Positions 1-8,929 of a DNA stretch of 44,153 nucleotides are shown here, piece by piece (position 1 is the stretch's first letter; each line of letters begins with the position of its first letter). The notes under the pieces are model-generated. The model saw only the letters and a program-made list of their open reading frames with translations. It did no database searches and was not told the origin of the DNA. Both the position numbers and the translations under genes were made by a program. Source of the stretch: Candidatus Woesebacteria bacterium GW2011_GWC1_42_9 (GTDB lineage: Bacteria > Patescibacteriota > Microgenomatia > UBA8517); contig LCET01000001.1 of NCBI GenBank assembly GCA_000995185.1, positions 169,028-213,180 of the forward strand. The letters are read 5' to 3'.

Positions 1-330
1 AAGCTTGATCTTGAGAGGGCTGGGATTATGAATCGAATACCTTCCGGCTTGGTTGTTACGGGCGGCGGATCGTTGACAGTCGGCTTGGAAGACGCTGCCA
101 AACGGGTGATGTCTTTGCCGGTGAGAGTAGCTAAACCAAGCGGAGTCACAGGATTGGTTGATGATGTGCTTAATCCTCAATTTTCAGCCGCGGTTGGGCT
201 AATAAAGTATGCGGCCAATGTCCCTGATGGCGGTCAAGGGCCTAGTAAAAGTTTTGGCAAGAAGCTAAAAATGCCCAACACGAACATATTAAGTGGAATT
301 ATTGAAACAATAAAGGATCTATTGCCTTGA
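1..330 (+). CDS. ftsA: Cell division protein FtsA, C-terminal part (truncated by window edge)
   Basis: Frame open from base 1; 'GLVVTGGGSL...LPVRVAKP...NPQFSAAVGL' and amphipathic C-terminal tail; directly upstream of ftsZ. Confidence 0.93.
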   Translation, partial: KLDLERAGIMNRIPSGLVVTGGGSLTVGLEDAAKRVMSLPVRVAKPSGVTGLVDDVLNPQFSAAVGLIKYAANVPDGGQGPSKSFGKKLKMPNTNILSGIIETIKDLLP

Positions 331-379
331 GTTTTTTATTGTTTTTGTTAAACTGCCCGTATAGAGAGGCGCGGGTAAA

Positions 380-1588
380 ATGGCATTAGTAAAACCAGAT
401 TCTTCAAGAATAGCAAAGATTCGAGTAATTGGCGTGGGCGGGGGCGGTGGAAATGCTGTTGCCTCGATGGTCGAGGGCGATCAAATCACTGGGGTTGAGT
501 TTATTGTTGTTAATACCGATGCCCAAGTCTTACTGGCAAACCCAGCACCGACTAAGCTTCAGATAGGGGAAAAATTGACCAAAGGACTTGGAGTGGGTGG
601 GAACCCAGAAATTGGTAAACAAGCGGCAGAGGAAACTATGGAAAAAGTTAAAGAGCTTTTGCTGGATTCGGATATGGTTTTTGTTACCGCTGGAATGGGT
701 GGGGGGACTGGGACCGGCGCTTGTCCAATCATTGCCCGATTGGCACGGGAATCTGGTGCTCTCACTGTAGGAATCGTCACAAAGCCCTTTGCTTTTGAGG
801 GATCAAGAAGAAGCATCCTTGCTGATGAAGGGGTCGATAAGCTTCGAGAGGAAGTGGATACTTTGATTGTCATTCCAAATCAGCGGCTTTTGGATGTGAT
901 AGATCGGAAGATGACCTTGGTTGAAGCCTTTAAAGTTGCCGACGGTGTTTTAGGGCAAGCTGTTGGCGGGATTGCCGATATTATTACAACTCCGGGCTTA
1001 GTTAATGTGGATTTTGCTGATGTAAAGACGATTATGAAAGATGCGGGATCTGCACTATTGGGTATTGGGACTGGTGTCGGAGAGAATAGGGCACAGATGG
1101 CGGCAAGGGCCGCAGTAAGCTCACCTCTTTTGGATCTTTCGATAGATGGTGCCAAGGGAGTACTTTTTAATATTACTGGCGGGCCAGATCTGACAATGTT
1201 TGAAGTTGATGAGGCGGCGAGAGCAATATCGGGGGCGGCTGATCCTGATGCAAATATTATATTTGGGAATGTGATCAAAGAGGATTTTTCTGATCAAGTA
1301 AGAATAACTGTGATCGCGACGGGGTTTGATGAAACTCAGTCGAGGATCGCTAAAATGAATGTAGTACCAACTAACCTTCCTAAAATCCAAGGGGTAGTGA
1401 GTGAACCTTCCGAGGAAAGGAAGGTAGAGGTCAAAGACATAGATGAGGGAACGAAAGAAGTAATTGATTTTGAGCCTAAAGAGTTTGAAGAGAGGGAAGA
1501 GGATGAGCGCCAGACTGAGCTACCCAAAAAGCGCGACGAATTCGGTGAAGATTTTGAAGTCCCCGCTTTCTTAAGAAAAATCCACTAA
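380..1588 (+). CDS. ftsZ: Cell division protein FtsZ
   Basis: GVGGGGGNA, tubulin signature [16 protein letters not shown]-terminal 'FEVPAFLRK'. Confidence 0.99.
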   Translation: MALVKPDSSRIAKIRVIGVGGGGGNAVASMVEGDQITGVEFIVVNTDAQVLLANPAPTKLQIGEKLTKGLGVGGNPEIGKQAAEETMEKVKELLLDSDMVFVTAGMGGGTGTGACPIIARLARESGALTVGIVTKPFAFEGSRRSILADEGVDKLREEVDTLIVIPNQRLLDVIDRKMTLVEAFKVADGVLGQAVGGIADIITTPGLVNVDFADVKTIMKDAGSALLGIGTGVGENRAQMAARAAVSSPLLDLSIDGAKGVLFNITGGPDLTMFEVDEAARAISGAADPDANIIFGNVIKEDFSDQVRITVIATGFDETQSRIAKMNVVPTNLPKIQGVVSEPSEERKVEVKDIDEGTKEVIDFEPKEFEEREEDERQTELPKKRDEFGEDFEVPAFLRKIH

Positions 1589-1591
1589 AAC

Positions 1592-1621
1592 TTGACAATT
1601 ATAGGATTGTTTTTGTATGAT
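1592..1621 (+). promoter_or_regulatory. Sigma70-type promoter upstream of ileS
   Basis: TTGACA (1592-1597), 18 bp spacer, TATGAT (1616-1621). Confidence 0.6.
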
Positions 1622-1652
1622 ACGGTTGTTCTTTGAATAGGAAAAGATCTTA

Positions 1653-1691
1653 GCACCGGGGGCCTTTATTTTTTTATTACGCCCTCGGTGC
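1653..1691 (+). other. GC-rich stem-loop between ftsZ and ileS
   Basis: GCACCGGGGGC (1653-1663) pairs with GCCCTCGGTGC (1681-1691), one G-U pair, T-rich loop. Confidence 0.6.
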
Positions 1692-1751
1692 CAAATTTAA
1701 CCATAAGTCGGGTTTTTATATTGGCCTAAAAACTGCTAAAATAAGCTTCAA

Positions 1752-4670
1752 ATGCCGACTAAGCCATATTTTGATCCTGTCGATCCGAAACCTAATTTCC
1801 CGGAAATAGAGAAAACGCTCCAAAAGGAGTGGGAGAAAAAAGGGATTGTCAAGAAATATCTTGATAAAAATAAAGCCTCCAAAAAGTATTATTCATTTTT
1901 AGATGGCCCGATTACCGCCAATAACCCGATGGGAGTGCACCATGCCTGGGGGAGGACTTATAAAGATCTCTACCAACGCTATAAAAATATGAATGGATTT
2001 AGGGAGCGCTTTCAGAATGGGTTTGATTGTCAAGGATTATGGGTAGAAGTAGAGGTGGAGAAAGAATTGGGACTAAAGACCAAGCGTGATATCGAAAGTT
2101 TGGTACCGGGTGACAAGAAAAAAAGTATCGCCAAATTTGTAGAGCTTTGTCGTGATCGAGTAAATAAGTTTGCCGATATCCAGACCCAGCAATCGAAACG
2201 TTTGGCCTATTTTATGGATTGGGACAATTCCTACTACACGATGAGCGATGAGAATAATTATATGATTTGGCATTTTTTGAAAAAGTGCCACGATGATGGG
2301 CTTATCTATAAAGGAACTGATTCCGTTCCTTGGTGTCCAAGGTGCGGGACGGCCATAAGCCAGCATGAAATGTTAACTGAAGATTATAAAGACGTTACTC
2401 ATGAGTCGGTGTATTTTGAGCTTCCAATCGAAGATCATGATTCTCAGTATCTTTTAGTTTGGACGACTACTCCTTGGACCATCCCGGCCAACGTCGCGGT
2501 AGCGGTTGATCCGAAGCTAGATTATTCACTCGTTAAAGGTGAGACCGGCAATAAATATTGGGTGGCAAGTGAATTGGTCAATAAAGTATTTAAAAAAAGT
2601 ACTAAGGAGATTGAAAAGACGGTTAAAGGGAAAGACTTGGTGGGGTTAAAGTACCGCGCCCCTTTTGATAATTTGCCCGAAGTGGCCAAGGTAAAGAAGG
2701 ATAATCCTGATAGATTCCATCGAGTAATCGCTTCAGACGCAAGAATTTTACCTATTACAACAAGTGAGGGGACTGGCCTAGTACACACGGCAACCGGTGC
2801 AGGGACGGAGGACTTTGCCCTGGGAAAGAAACTTGGGCTTCCGGTACTCCCGGTCATCGAGGAAGACGCAAGCTATATGAGTGGATTTGGGTATTTGACA
2901 GGTAAAAATGCCAAGAAAAATCCAGAGCTTATTTTGGATTTTCTTTTAAAGAATGACCCTAAAAAGAACGATGACTGGGTGTTTAGGATTGAAAAGTATC
3001 GTCATCGATATCCCGCGTGCTGGAGGTGCAAAACAGAGCTAGTTTGGAGAGTAGTTGATGAATGGTACATCGCCATGGACAAGCCTTCGCGTAAAACTTT
3101 GCGTGAGCGCATGATTGCGGTTGTCAAAAAAATTGAATGGATGCCGGAGTTTGGTCTTAAGCGGGAGCTAGATTGGCTCAAAAACATGCACGATTGGCTT
3201 ATTTCTAAAAAGCGCTATTGGGGGCTGAGCCTCCCAATTTGGGAGTGCAAGTCTTGCGGAAACTTCGAGGTGATTGGGAGCCGTGAGGAGCTTAAGGAAA
3301 AGTCCATTTCAGGATGGGAGGAATATAAAGACCATTCGCCACATCGCCCATATATCGATGAAGTTAAAATTAAATGTTCCAAATGCGGGAAGGAAATTGA
3401 GCGAATTCCTGATGTGGGGAACCCTTGGCTTGATGCTGGGATCGTGCCATTTTCGACAATTTCAAGTGATAATAAACAGCCGCTCTATCTTGATAATCGC
3501 ACAGAATGGGAGAAGTGGTTCCCTGCCGATTTTATCACCGAAAGCTTTCCCGGGCAGTTCAAAAATTGGTTTTATTCCGTGATCGCGATGAGCACCGTGC
3601 TTGAAGATAAGGAGCCATATAAAAGAGTGCTTGGATTCGCCACGCTTTTTGATGAACACGGGAAACCAATGCACAAAAGTGCTGGCAACATGATTGAGTT
3701 TAATGAAGGTGCAGATAAAATAGGAGTTGATGTAATGCGATTAATGTATACGCGGCAGAATCCTTCCGATAATTTACCTTTTGGTTATCACAAAGCCGAT
3801 GAAGTCAGAAGGCAGTTCCACTTGAAATTATGGAATATTTATAATTTCTTTATTACGTATGCAAATTTAGATGGCTGGTGCCCAAGCAAACCAGAATTAG
3901 ACACTGTTAAGTTAACAATGCTGGATAAATGGATTTTATCTCGATTGGATGGGACTATTGGTGAAGTCACTAAAAATCTTGAAGCCTATAGAGCAGATAA
4001 TGCGACGTTAGCCCTGGAGGATCTTGTTGAAGATTTGTCTAATTGGTACATCAGAAGGTCCCGTGATCGTGTAGGCCCCGAGCTTTATGGGGTTCTTTAT
4101 TTTACACTTGGGAATTTATGCCGGCTCCTTGCACCTTTTGCCCCACACATTTCGGAAATAATTTACCAGAACTTGGAAAAGAGTGGATCTGTTCACTTGG
4201 CTAGTTGGCCCAAAAAAATCGGGATGAGAGACAAGAAACTTGAGCTTGAAATAAATAATTTAAGGGTGGCCGTGGAAAATGCGCACGCGGAAAGGAAAGC
4301 GCTTAGAATACCCGTGAGACAACCCTTGGCTGAGCTTAAATCTACTCTTCCTTTTAGTGCTCCTCCCGATAATCTTCATTATTTATTAATGGAAGAAGTG
4401 AATGTAAAAAAATGGACTACCAAGAAGGCAAGTCAATTAAAATCAACTTTTGATACAAAAATTTCACCAAGCTTAAAAGAGGAAGCAGATACTCGGGAAC
4501 TGATTAGAAAAGTCCAACAAGCTAGGCGGGCGATGGGAATTTCGTTGGTCCAAAAGATAAAAATTACTAGTCCTTGGCTGCCAAAGGAGGAAAAAAATCT
4601 TACTTGGTTAGCCGAGAAAACACTTTCATCGTCGGTTTCTAAGGGAGAGTTTAAAATTATAACTTCGTGA
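1752..4670 (+). CDS. ileS: Isoleucine--tRNA ligase, type 2-like, with non-canonical GVHH and PMHKS motifs
   Basis: FLDGPITAN, GFDCQGL, editing domain WTTTPWT and GTGLVH, DWLISKKRYWG, NWYIRRSR. Confidence 0.96.
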   Translation: MPTKPYFDPVDPKPNFPEIEKTLQKEWEKKGIVKKYLDKNKASKKYYSFLDGPITANNPMGVHHAWGRTYKDLYQRYKNMNGFRERFQNGFDCQGLWVEVEVEKELGLKTKRDIESLVPGDKKKSIAKFVELCRDRVNKFADIQTQQSKRLAYFMDWDNSYYTMSDENNYMIWHFLKKCHDDGLIYKGTDSVPWCPRCGTAISQHEMLTEDYKDVTHESVYFELPIEDHDSQYLLVWTTTPWTIPANVAVAVDPKLDYSLVKGETGNKYWVASELVNKVFKKSTKEIEKTVKGKDLVGLKYRAPFDNLPEVAKVKKDNPDRFHRVIASDARILPITTSEGTGLVHTATGAGTEDFALGKKLGLPVLPVIEEDASYMSGFGYLTGKNAKKNPELILDFLLKNDPKKNDDWVFRIEKYRHRYPACWRCKTELVWRVVDEWYIAMDKPSRKTLRERMIAVVKKIEWMPEFGLKRELDWLKNMHDWLISKKRYWGLSLPIWECKSCGNFEVIGSREELKEKSISGWEEYKDHSPHRPYIDEVKIKCSKCGKEIERIPDVGNPWLDAGIVPFSTISSDNKQPLYLDNRTEWEKWFPADFITESFPGQFKNWFYSVIAMSTVLEDKEPYKRVLGFATLFDEHGKPMHKSAGNMIEFNEGADKIGVDVMRLMYTRQNPSDNLPFGYHKADEVRRQFHLKLWNIYNFFITYANLDGWCPSKPELDTVKLTMLDKWILSRLDGTIGEVTKNLEAYRADNATLALEDLVEDLSNWYIRRSRDRVGPELYGVLYFTLGNLCRLLAPFAPHISEIIYQNLEKSGSVHLASWPKKIGMRDKKLELEINNLRVAVENAHAERKALRIPVRQPLAELKSTLPFSAPPDNLHYLLMEEVNVKKWTTKKASQLKSTFDTKISPSLKEEADTRELIRKVQQARRAMGISLVQKIKITSPWLPKEEKNLTWLAEKTLSSSVSKGEFKIITS

Positions 4671-5713
4671 TGCGAGGAAATTTAGGTTTAGTTTTTGCGG
4701 TCGCAGTATTAACCGCGACAAGCGTCATTGTACTTCAGTCGATCGTCCCTTTTATTTTTCCGCAGTATTATTTTTATATAGCATTAGGAATTGTGATGTT
4801 TATAGTTTTCTCCTTTATTGATTTTAGCGTACTTTCCGCTTTTTCACCTCATCTTTATGTGGCCAGTATTGTATTTTTACTTCTTCCTTTTCTGGTAGGT
4901 CAAGTTACCAGGGGGGTCGTGAGATGGGTCGGGGTGGGAGAGCTTACGATCCAACCATCTGAAATCGTCCGTCCATTCCTTATCCTTTTTTATGCAGTTT
5001 ATCTCGCAAAAGAGGATAAAGTTAGACTAACTGCCGTAAGAACTGGAAAAGCGTTAATATTTCTGTTCATTCCCTTTATTTTAATTTTGCTTCAGCCGTC
5101 GCTTGGGGTGGCGGTTTTAACTCTGATTGGTTTTTTTGGAGTGTTCTTGTCCCTTAATTACGACAAAAAAATATTACCAGTGGGCATGCTGATTTTTATT
5201 ATTGCCCTCCCGGTTTTTTGGCTCGTGCTTGCGCCTTATCAAAAATTAAGAGTTATTACGTTAATAAACCCGATGGCGGACCCTTACGGTGCCGGTTATA
5301 ATAGTATTCAGTCGGTGATAACGATAGGAAGCGGGGGAGTGTGGGGGAAAGGATTAGGGAAAGGAGTTCAGACTCAGCTTGAGTTTCTCCCAGAGCGGCA
5401 TACAGACTTTATTTTTGCAAGCATTGCTGAAGAAATGGGCCTAGTTGGCGCTTTATTTGTTCTTTTAGTTAGTTTTTTTCTTTTATATCAAATTATTGTC
5501 CCGATCCAAAAGGGCGGTAATTATCTGGAGAGAGCATTCCTATCGGGAATATTTCTAACTCTATTTACGCAAGTGGCTGTGCATGTCGGGATGAATATGG
5601 GTTTGGCGCCAATTACTGGTTTGCCGCTCCCCTTGGTTTCCGCCGGTGGATCATCATATCTTGCGACGATGATTATGCTTGGAATAGTTGCCAGGGTGCG
5701 GGTTCTCGCGTAA
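4670..5713 (+). CDS. rodA: SEDS family peptidoglycan polymerase (RodA/FtsW), probably RodA
   Basis: Multi-TM; RW...IQPSE, GYNSIQS..IGSGG..GKG, LPERHTDFIF, PITGLPLPLVSAGGSS; ATG overlaps ileS TGA. Confidence 0.88.
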   Translation: MRGNLGLVFAVAVLTATSVIVLQSIVPFIFPQYYFYIALGIVMFIVFSFIDFSVLSAFSPHLYVASIVFLLLPFLVGQVTRGVVRWVGVGELTIQPSEIVRPFLILFYAVYLAKEDKVRLTAVRTGKALIFLFIPFILILLQPSLGVAVLTLIGFFGVFLSLNYDKKILPVGMLIFIIALPVFWLVLAPYQKLRVITLINPMADPYGAGYNSIQSVITIGSGGVWGKGLGKGVQTQLEFLPERHTDFIFASIAEEMGLVGALFVLLVSFFLLYQIIVPIQKGGNYLERAFLSGIFLTLFTQVAVHVGMNMGLAPITGLPLPLVSAGGSSYLATMIMLGIVARVRVLA

Positions 5714-5725
5714 AATACAGTGTCC

Positions 5726-6028
5726 ATGAAATATGCAGTTGTTAGGATAAAGGGAAGGCAGTATAAAGTGAGCGAAGGAGAGGAGTTTTTGGTTGATTTT
5801 TTGGGTAAAGATAAGCCGGAGGCCGAAGTGCTTCTTATGGTGAACGATGAAAAAGTAAAGGTTGGCACTCCAAAGGTCAAAGGGGCAAAAGTGGTTCTTA
5901 AAGTTCTTGAGCCGGAAGTTAAGGGTAAAAAGCTTCATATACAAAAATATCGAGCGAAGTCTCGCTACCGAAAGAAGATCGGTTTTAGACCTGTATTCAC
6001 GAGCTTACAAGTAAAGTCAATCAATTAA
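5726..6028 (+). CDS. rplU: 50S ribosomal protein L21
   Basis: MKYAVVRIKGRQYKVSEG...KYRAKSRYRKKIGFR; start taken at ATG 5726. Confidence 0.96.
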   Translation: MKYAVVRIKGRQYKVSEGEEFLVDFLGKDKPEAEVLLMVNDEKVKVGTPKVKGAKVVLKVLEPEVKGKKLHIQKYRAKSRYRKKIGFRPVFTSLQVKSIN

Positions 6029-6063
6029 CTTCACTATATATCAAAAGGTAATTTAAAGATCTA

Positions 6064-6092
6064 TTGACAAGCGTGAAAAATCATCTTACACT
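6064..6092 (+). promoter_or_regulatory. Promoter for rpmA-parB
   Basis: TTGACA (6064-6069), 17 bp, TACACT (6087-6092). Confidence 0.75.
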
Positions 6093-6106
6093 AATTTAAA
6101 TTAAAA

Positions 6107-6352
6107 ATGTCAAAGAAAAAGCAAGCAGGAAAGCTTAAACAGCATGTAAGACCCGCCGGTAAACGCTTGGGACTAAAGGTGGCTCATGGAGAGAAAGTTG
6201 TGACCGGATCTATCTTGGCCAGGCAGAGAGGGACCAAGTTTTCTCCCGGGGAGGGAGTGCGCGTAGGACGTGATCATACTCTTTATGCAGTAGTTAGCGG
6301 TCAGGTTAATTTTAAGAAACGCCAAGGAAAAGGCATTATTTCAATAATGTAA
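6107..6352 (+). CDS. rpmA: 50S ribosomal protein L27
   Basis: KRLGLK..G..V..GSILARQRGTKF.PGEGV.VGRDHTLYA. Confidence 0.96.
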   Translation: MSKKKQAGKLKQHVRPAGKRLGLKVAHGEKVVTGSILARQRGTKFSPGEGVRVGRDHTLYAVVSGQVNFKKRQGKGIISIM

Positions 6353-6354
6353 CA

Positions 6355-7194
6355 ATGGCTGAAGAAGTACTTCAAATAGCAGTAAACGAGTTGCAACCTA
6401 ATCCTTTGCAGCCACGGGGAGTGATTACTCCGGAAAGCTTGGTAGACTTGGTCGATTCCATAAAGGAGCATGGCATTTTGGAGCCTTTGGTGGTAGCCAA
6501 AACCCCTGCAGGATTTCAAATAATTGCTGGCGAGAGGCGCTGGAGAGCATCCAAATTAGCGGGGCTTTCTCATGTCCCAGCTATTGTCCGAGAGACTACT
6601 CCCAAAGGAATGCTTGAGATGGCACTAGTTGAGAATGTTCAGAGGGTGAATTTGAATGCACTTGACCGTGCTCAAGGGTTTGAGCGGTTAATGAATGAAT
6701 TTGGACTTACCACAAGCGAGATTGCAGTGAGGATCGGGAAATCTGTGGCATATGTTTCGAATACCATGAGGCTTTTGACCCTTCCGGATGCCTTGAAAGA
6801 TGGTCTTTTGTCTAGTTTAATTACTGAGGGGCATGCAAGAGCCCTGGCTTCGATAGATGATCCGGATTTGATGGTTGAAGCATACAAAATTATTTTGAGA
6901 GAGTCTGGTTCGGTGAGGCGAGCCGAAGAGCTGGCAAGGAGGATGAAGGCTCGTTCTAAACAAGAGCCAAAGCCAAAAGCAAATATCCATCAAACCATGA
7001 TTGTCTCTGAAGAAATTGACCGTTTGAGGGATGAAATGCACAACGCCTTGAAAGCAAAGGAAGAAAAGGATGGGTTTACTCAAGTAAAGCTATCCCGTTC
7101 AAGGGCTCAAACCAGAATAACTTTTGTGTTTAAGGGTAATCCGGATGAAACGGAAGAAAAGCTTCAGAGGATATTTAAGGGGATTACCAAGTAA
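6355..7194 (+). CDS. parB: ParB/Spo0J partition protein
   Basis: PNPLQPR, GILEPLVV, IAGERRWRA, ALVENVQRVNLN, HTH, ITEGHARAL. Confidence 0.95.
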   Translation: MAEEVLQIAVNELQPNPLQPRGVITPESLVDLVDSIKEHGILEPLVVAKTPAGFQIIAGERRWRASKLAGLSHVPAIVRETTPKGMLEMALVENVQRVNLNALDRAQGFERLMNEFGLTTSEIAVRIGKSVAYVSNTMRLLTLPDALKDGLLSSLITEGHARALASIDDPDLMVEAYKIILRESGSVRRAEELARRMKARSKQEPKPKANIHQTMIVSEEIDRLRDEMHNALKAKEEKDGFTQVKLSRSRAQTRITFVFKGNPDETEEKLQRIFKGITK

Positions 7195-7196
7195 CT

Positions 7197-7751
7197 TTAA
7201 TAGATAGGTTCGTCGATGCCGCCAATCTCACTTATTGGCCAGTACACCACCCAGGCTCTTCCGGTGATTTTATCGCGTGTAATCGGGCCGAAAGCGCGTG
7301 AATCAAGTGAATGTGGTCGATTATCTCCCATTACCACGTATGAATTTGCCGGAACAGTTGCCGGTCTTCCCTCCTGCAGATAATTACCCCCTTTAATCAC
7401 CAGGTCCTGAGGCAAGTAGCTTTCATTCAACGTCTGGTCGTTTACATAAACCCTACCTTGCTTCACCATCACACTATCTCCTGGAAGCCCGATTATCCGT
7501 TTGATATATTCGTCGGTGTAATTTGGAGGAGCCTTAAAAACGACCACATCCCCCCTCTGAGGTTCTCTCATAAATCGATAAGTCACTTTATCTGTCAGCA
7601 AATACTCGCTGTTGTGGAAATTTGGCTCCATTGAAGCACCCTTAATTTTATGCGGCTGGAGCACAAGGAGATAGATGAATAAAAAAATTGAGACCGAGAA
7701 AATAATTACTTGGACGGTATCCAGGATAAATCCAATTAGTCTTTTGATCAC
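7197..7751 (-). CDS. lepB: Signal peptidase I
   Basis: GASMEPN (catalytic Ser), YIKRIIGLPGD (catalytic Lys), MGDNRPHSLDSRAFG; start revised to GTG 7751, 6 nt downstream of TATAAT. Confidence 0.95.
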   Translation of the reverse strand: MIKRLIGFILDTVQVIIFSVSIFLFIYLLVLQPHKIKGASMEPNFHNSEYLLTDKVTYRFMREPQRGDVVVFKAPPNYTDEYIKRIIGLPGDSVMVKQGRVYVNDQTLNESYLPQDLVIKGGNYLQEGRPATVPANSYVVMGDNRPHSLDSRAFGPITRDKITGRAWVVYWPISEIGGIDEPIY

Positions 7752-7817
7752 GTAATCATTATATTCGCGATAGGGTCGGGCTTTCAACCGTCGAAATTGA
7801 TATAATAAGTATGTTTT

Positions 7818-7889
7818 GAGCTCGTGGCTCAGTGGTAGAGCGTCCCGTTCACATCGGGAAGGTCGCTGGTTCGAGTCCAGCCGAGCTCA
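7818..7889 (+). tRNA. tRNA-Val(CAC)
   Basis: Acceptor GAGCTCG/CGAGCTC, anticodon arm TCCCG-TTCACAT-CGGGA, T-loop TTCGAGT, A73, no encoded CCA; TGaTATAAT at 7798-7806. Confidence 0.96.
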
Positions 7890-7921
7890 CTAACAAACTT
7901 TGATCGAGAGGAGGTTCAGAC

Positions 7922-8119
7922 ATGTTAGATATGATAATTGCAATTGGCATTGCAAATGGAATATCAATATTTATTAGAATTGAGGGCGATATCGTGATAA
8001 TAGGAATTTATGATTCACAGATTTGTCGACAGATCACATGTCAGATAAGAACTGTTAAAGAGCTTGTTGTAGCCAGTAACGGGCTTCTTGAGGAGGTTGG
8101 TGTGATTTCGTTGTCGTGA
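7922..8119 (+). CDS. Small hypothetical protein (65 aa, Ile-rich)
   Basis: Strong SD GAGGAGGT 6 nt before ATG; terminator-like hairpin right after the stop. Confidence 0.6.
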   Translation: MLDMIIAIGIANGISIFIRIEGDIVIIGIYDSQICRQITCQIRTVKELVVASNGLLEEVGVISLS

Positions 8120-8123
8120 GTGG

Positions 8124-8166
8124 GTGGGTGCGTATGACTTGGCACAGTATGCGCACCCATATTTTT
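8124..8166 (+). terminator. Intrinsic terminator-like hairpin
   Basis: GTGGGTGCGTAT / ATGCGCACCCAT 12 bp stem followed by ATTTTT. Confidence 0.7.
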
Positions 8167-8188
8167 GGGATAATTGTATAATGCCTCA

Positions 8189-8929
8189 GTGAAAACTTCG
8201 GTAGTCATACTTACAAAAAATGAAGAAAGGAATATTAAAAAGTGTTTAAAAAGTGTTTATTTTAGTGAAGAAATTATATTAATTGATGATTATTCTACGG
8301 ACAAAACAGTTAGTATAGCCCGTAGGAATGGGGCGAAAATATATAAACGTCATTTGTACGATGATTTTAGTAAACAGAGAAATTTTGGACTTAAGAAAGC
8401 CAAGAATAAATGGGTTTTGTTTCTGGACGCTGATGAAGTACTAAGCCCGGAATTGGCCAAAGAAATTCAAAGTTTAGGCGCAACGGACACTCAAGGATAT
8501 TTTCTCAAAAGACGCGACTACTTTTTAAATAAAAAAATTTTAGGCGGTGAGAGTGGGGGAGTATGGCTTTTAAGATTAGGGAGGAAGAGTGCTGGAAAGT
8601 GGGACCGTGCAGTTCATGAGCACTGGGAAATTAATGGGAAAACTCAGAGATTAAAAAATTATCTTTACCACTCCCCTCACCCGAGTTTTTTAAGCTTGAT
8701 CTCAAAAATTAATTATTATTCGGATTTGCATGCAATTGAAAACGAAAAGGAGGGGAAAAATCCGTCTTTGATTAAAATAATATTTTTCCCAATGGCAAAA
8801 TTTATTTATAATTTTGTGTTTAGGCTTGGCCTTCGTGATGGTACTCACGGATTTGTCTTAGCAGTTGCGATGTCATTTCACTCTTTTTTGTCTTGGAGCA
8901 GTCTATATTTAGATGATCAAAAAAAATAA
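8189..8929 (+). CDS. Glycosyltransferase family 2 (WaaE/KdtX-like)
   Basis: SVVILTKNEE, DDYSTDKT, FSKQRNFGL, FLDADE, VHE; start revised to GTG 8189. Confidence 0.92.
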   Translation: MKTSVVILTKNEERNIKKCLKSVYFSEEIILIDDYSTDKTVSIARRNGAKIYKRHLYDDFSKQRNFGLKKAKNKWVLFLDADEVLSPELAKEIQSLGATDTQGYFLKRRDYFLNKKILGGESGGVWLLRLGRKSAGKWDRAVHEHWEINGKTQRLKNYLYHSPHPSFLSLISKINYYSDLHAIENEKEGKNPSLIKIIFFPMAKFIYNFVFRLGLRDGTHGFVLAVAMSFHSFLSWSSLYLDDQKK

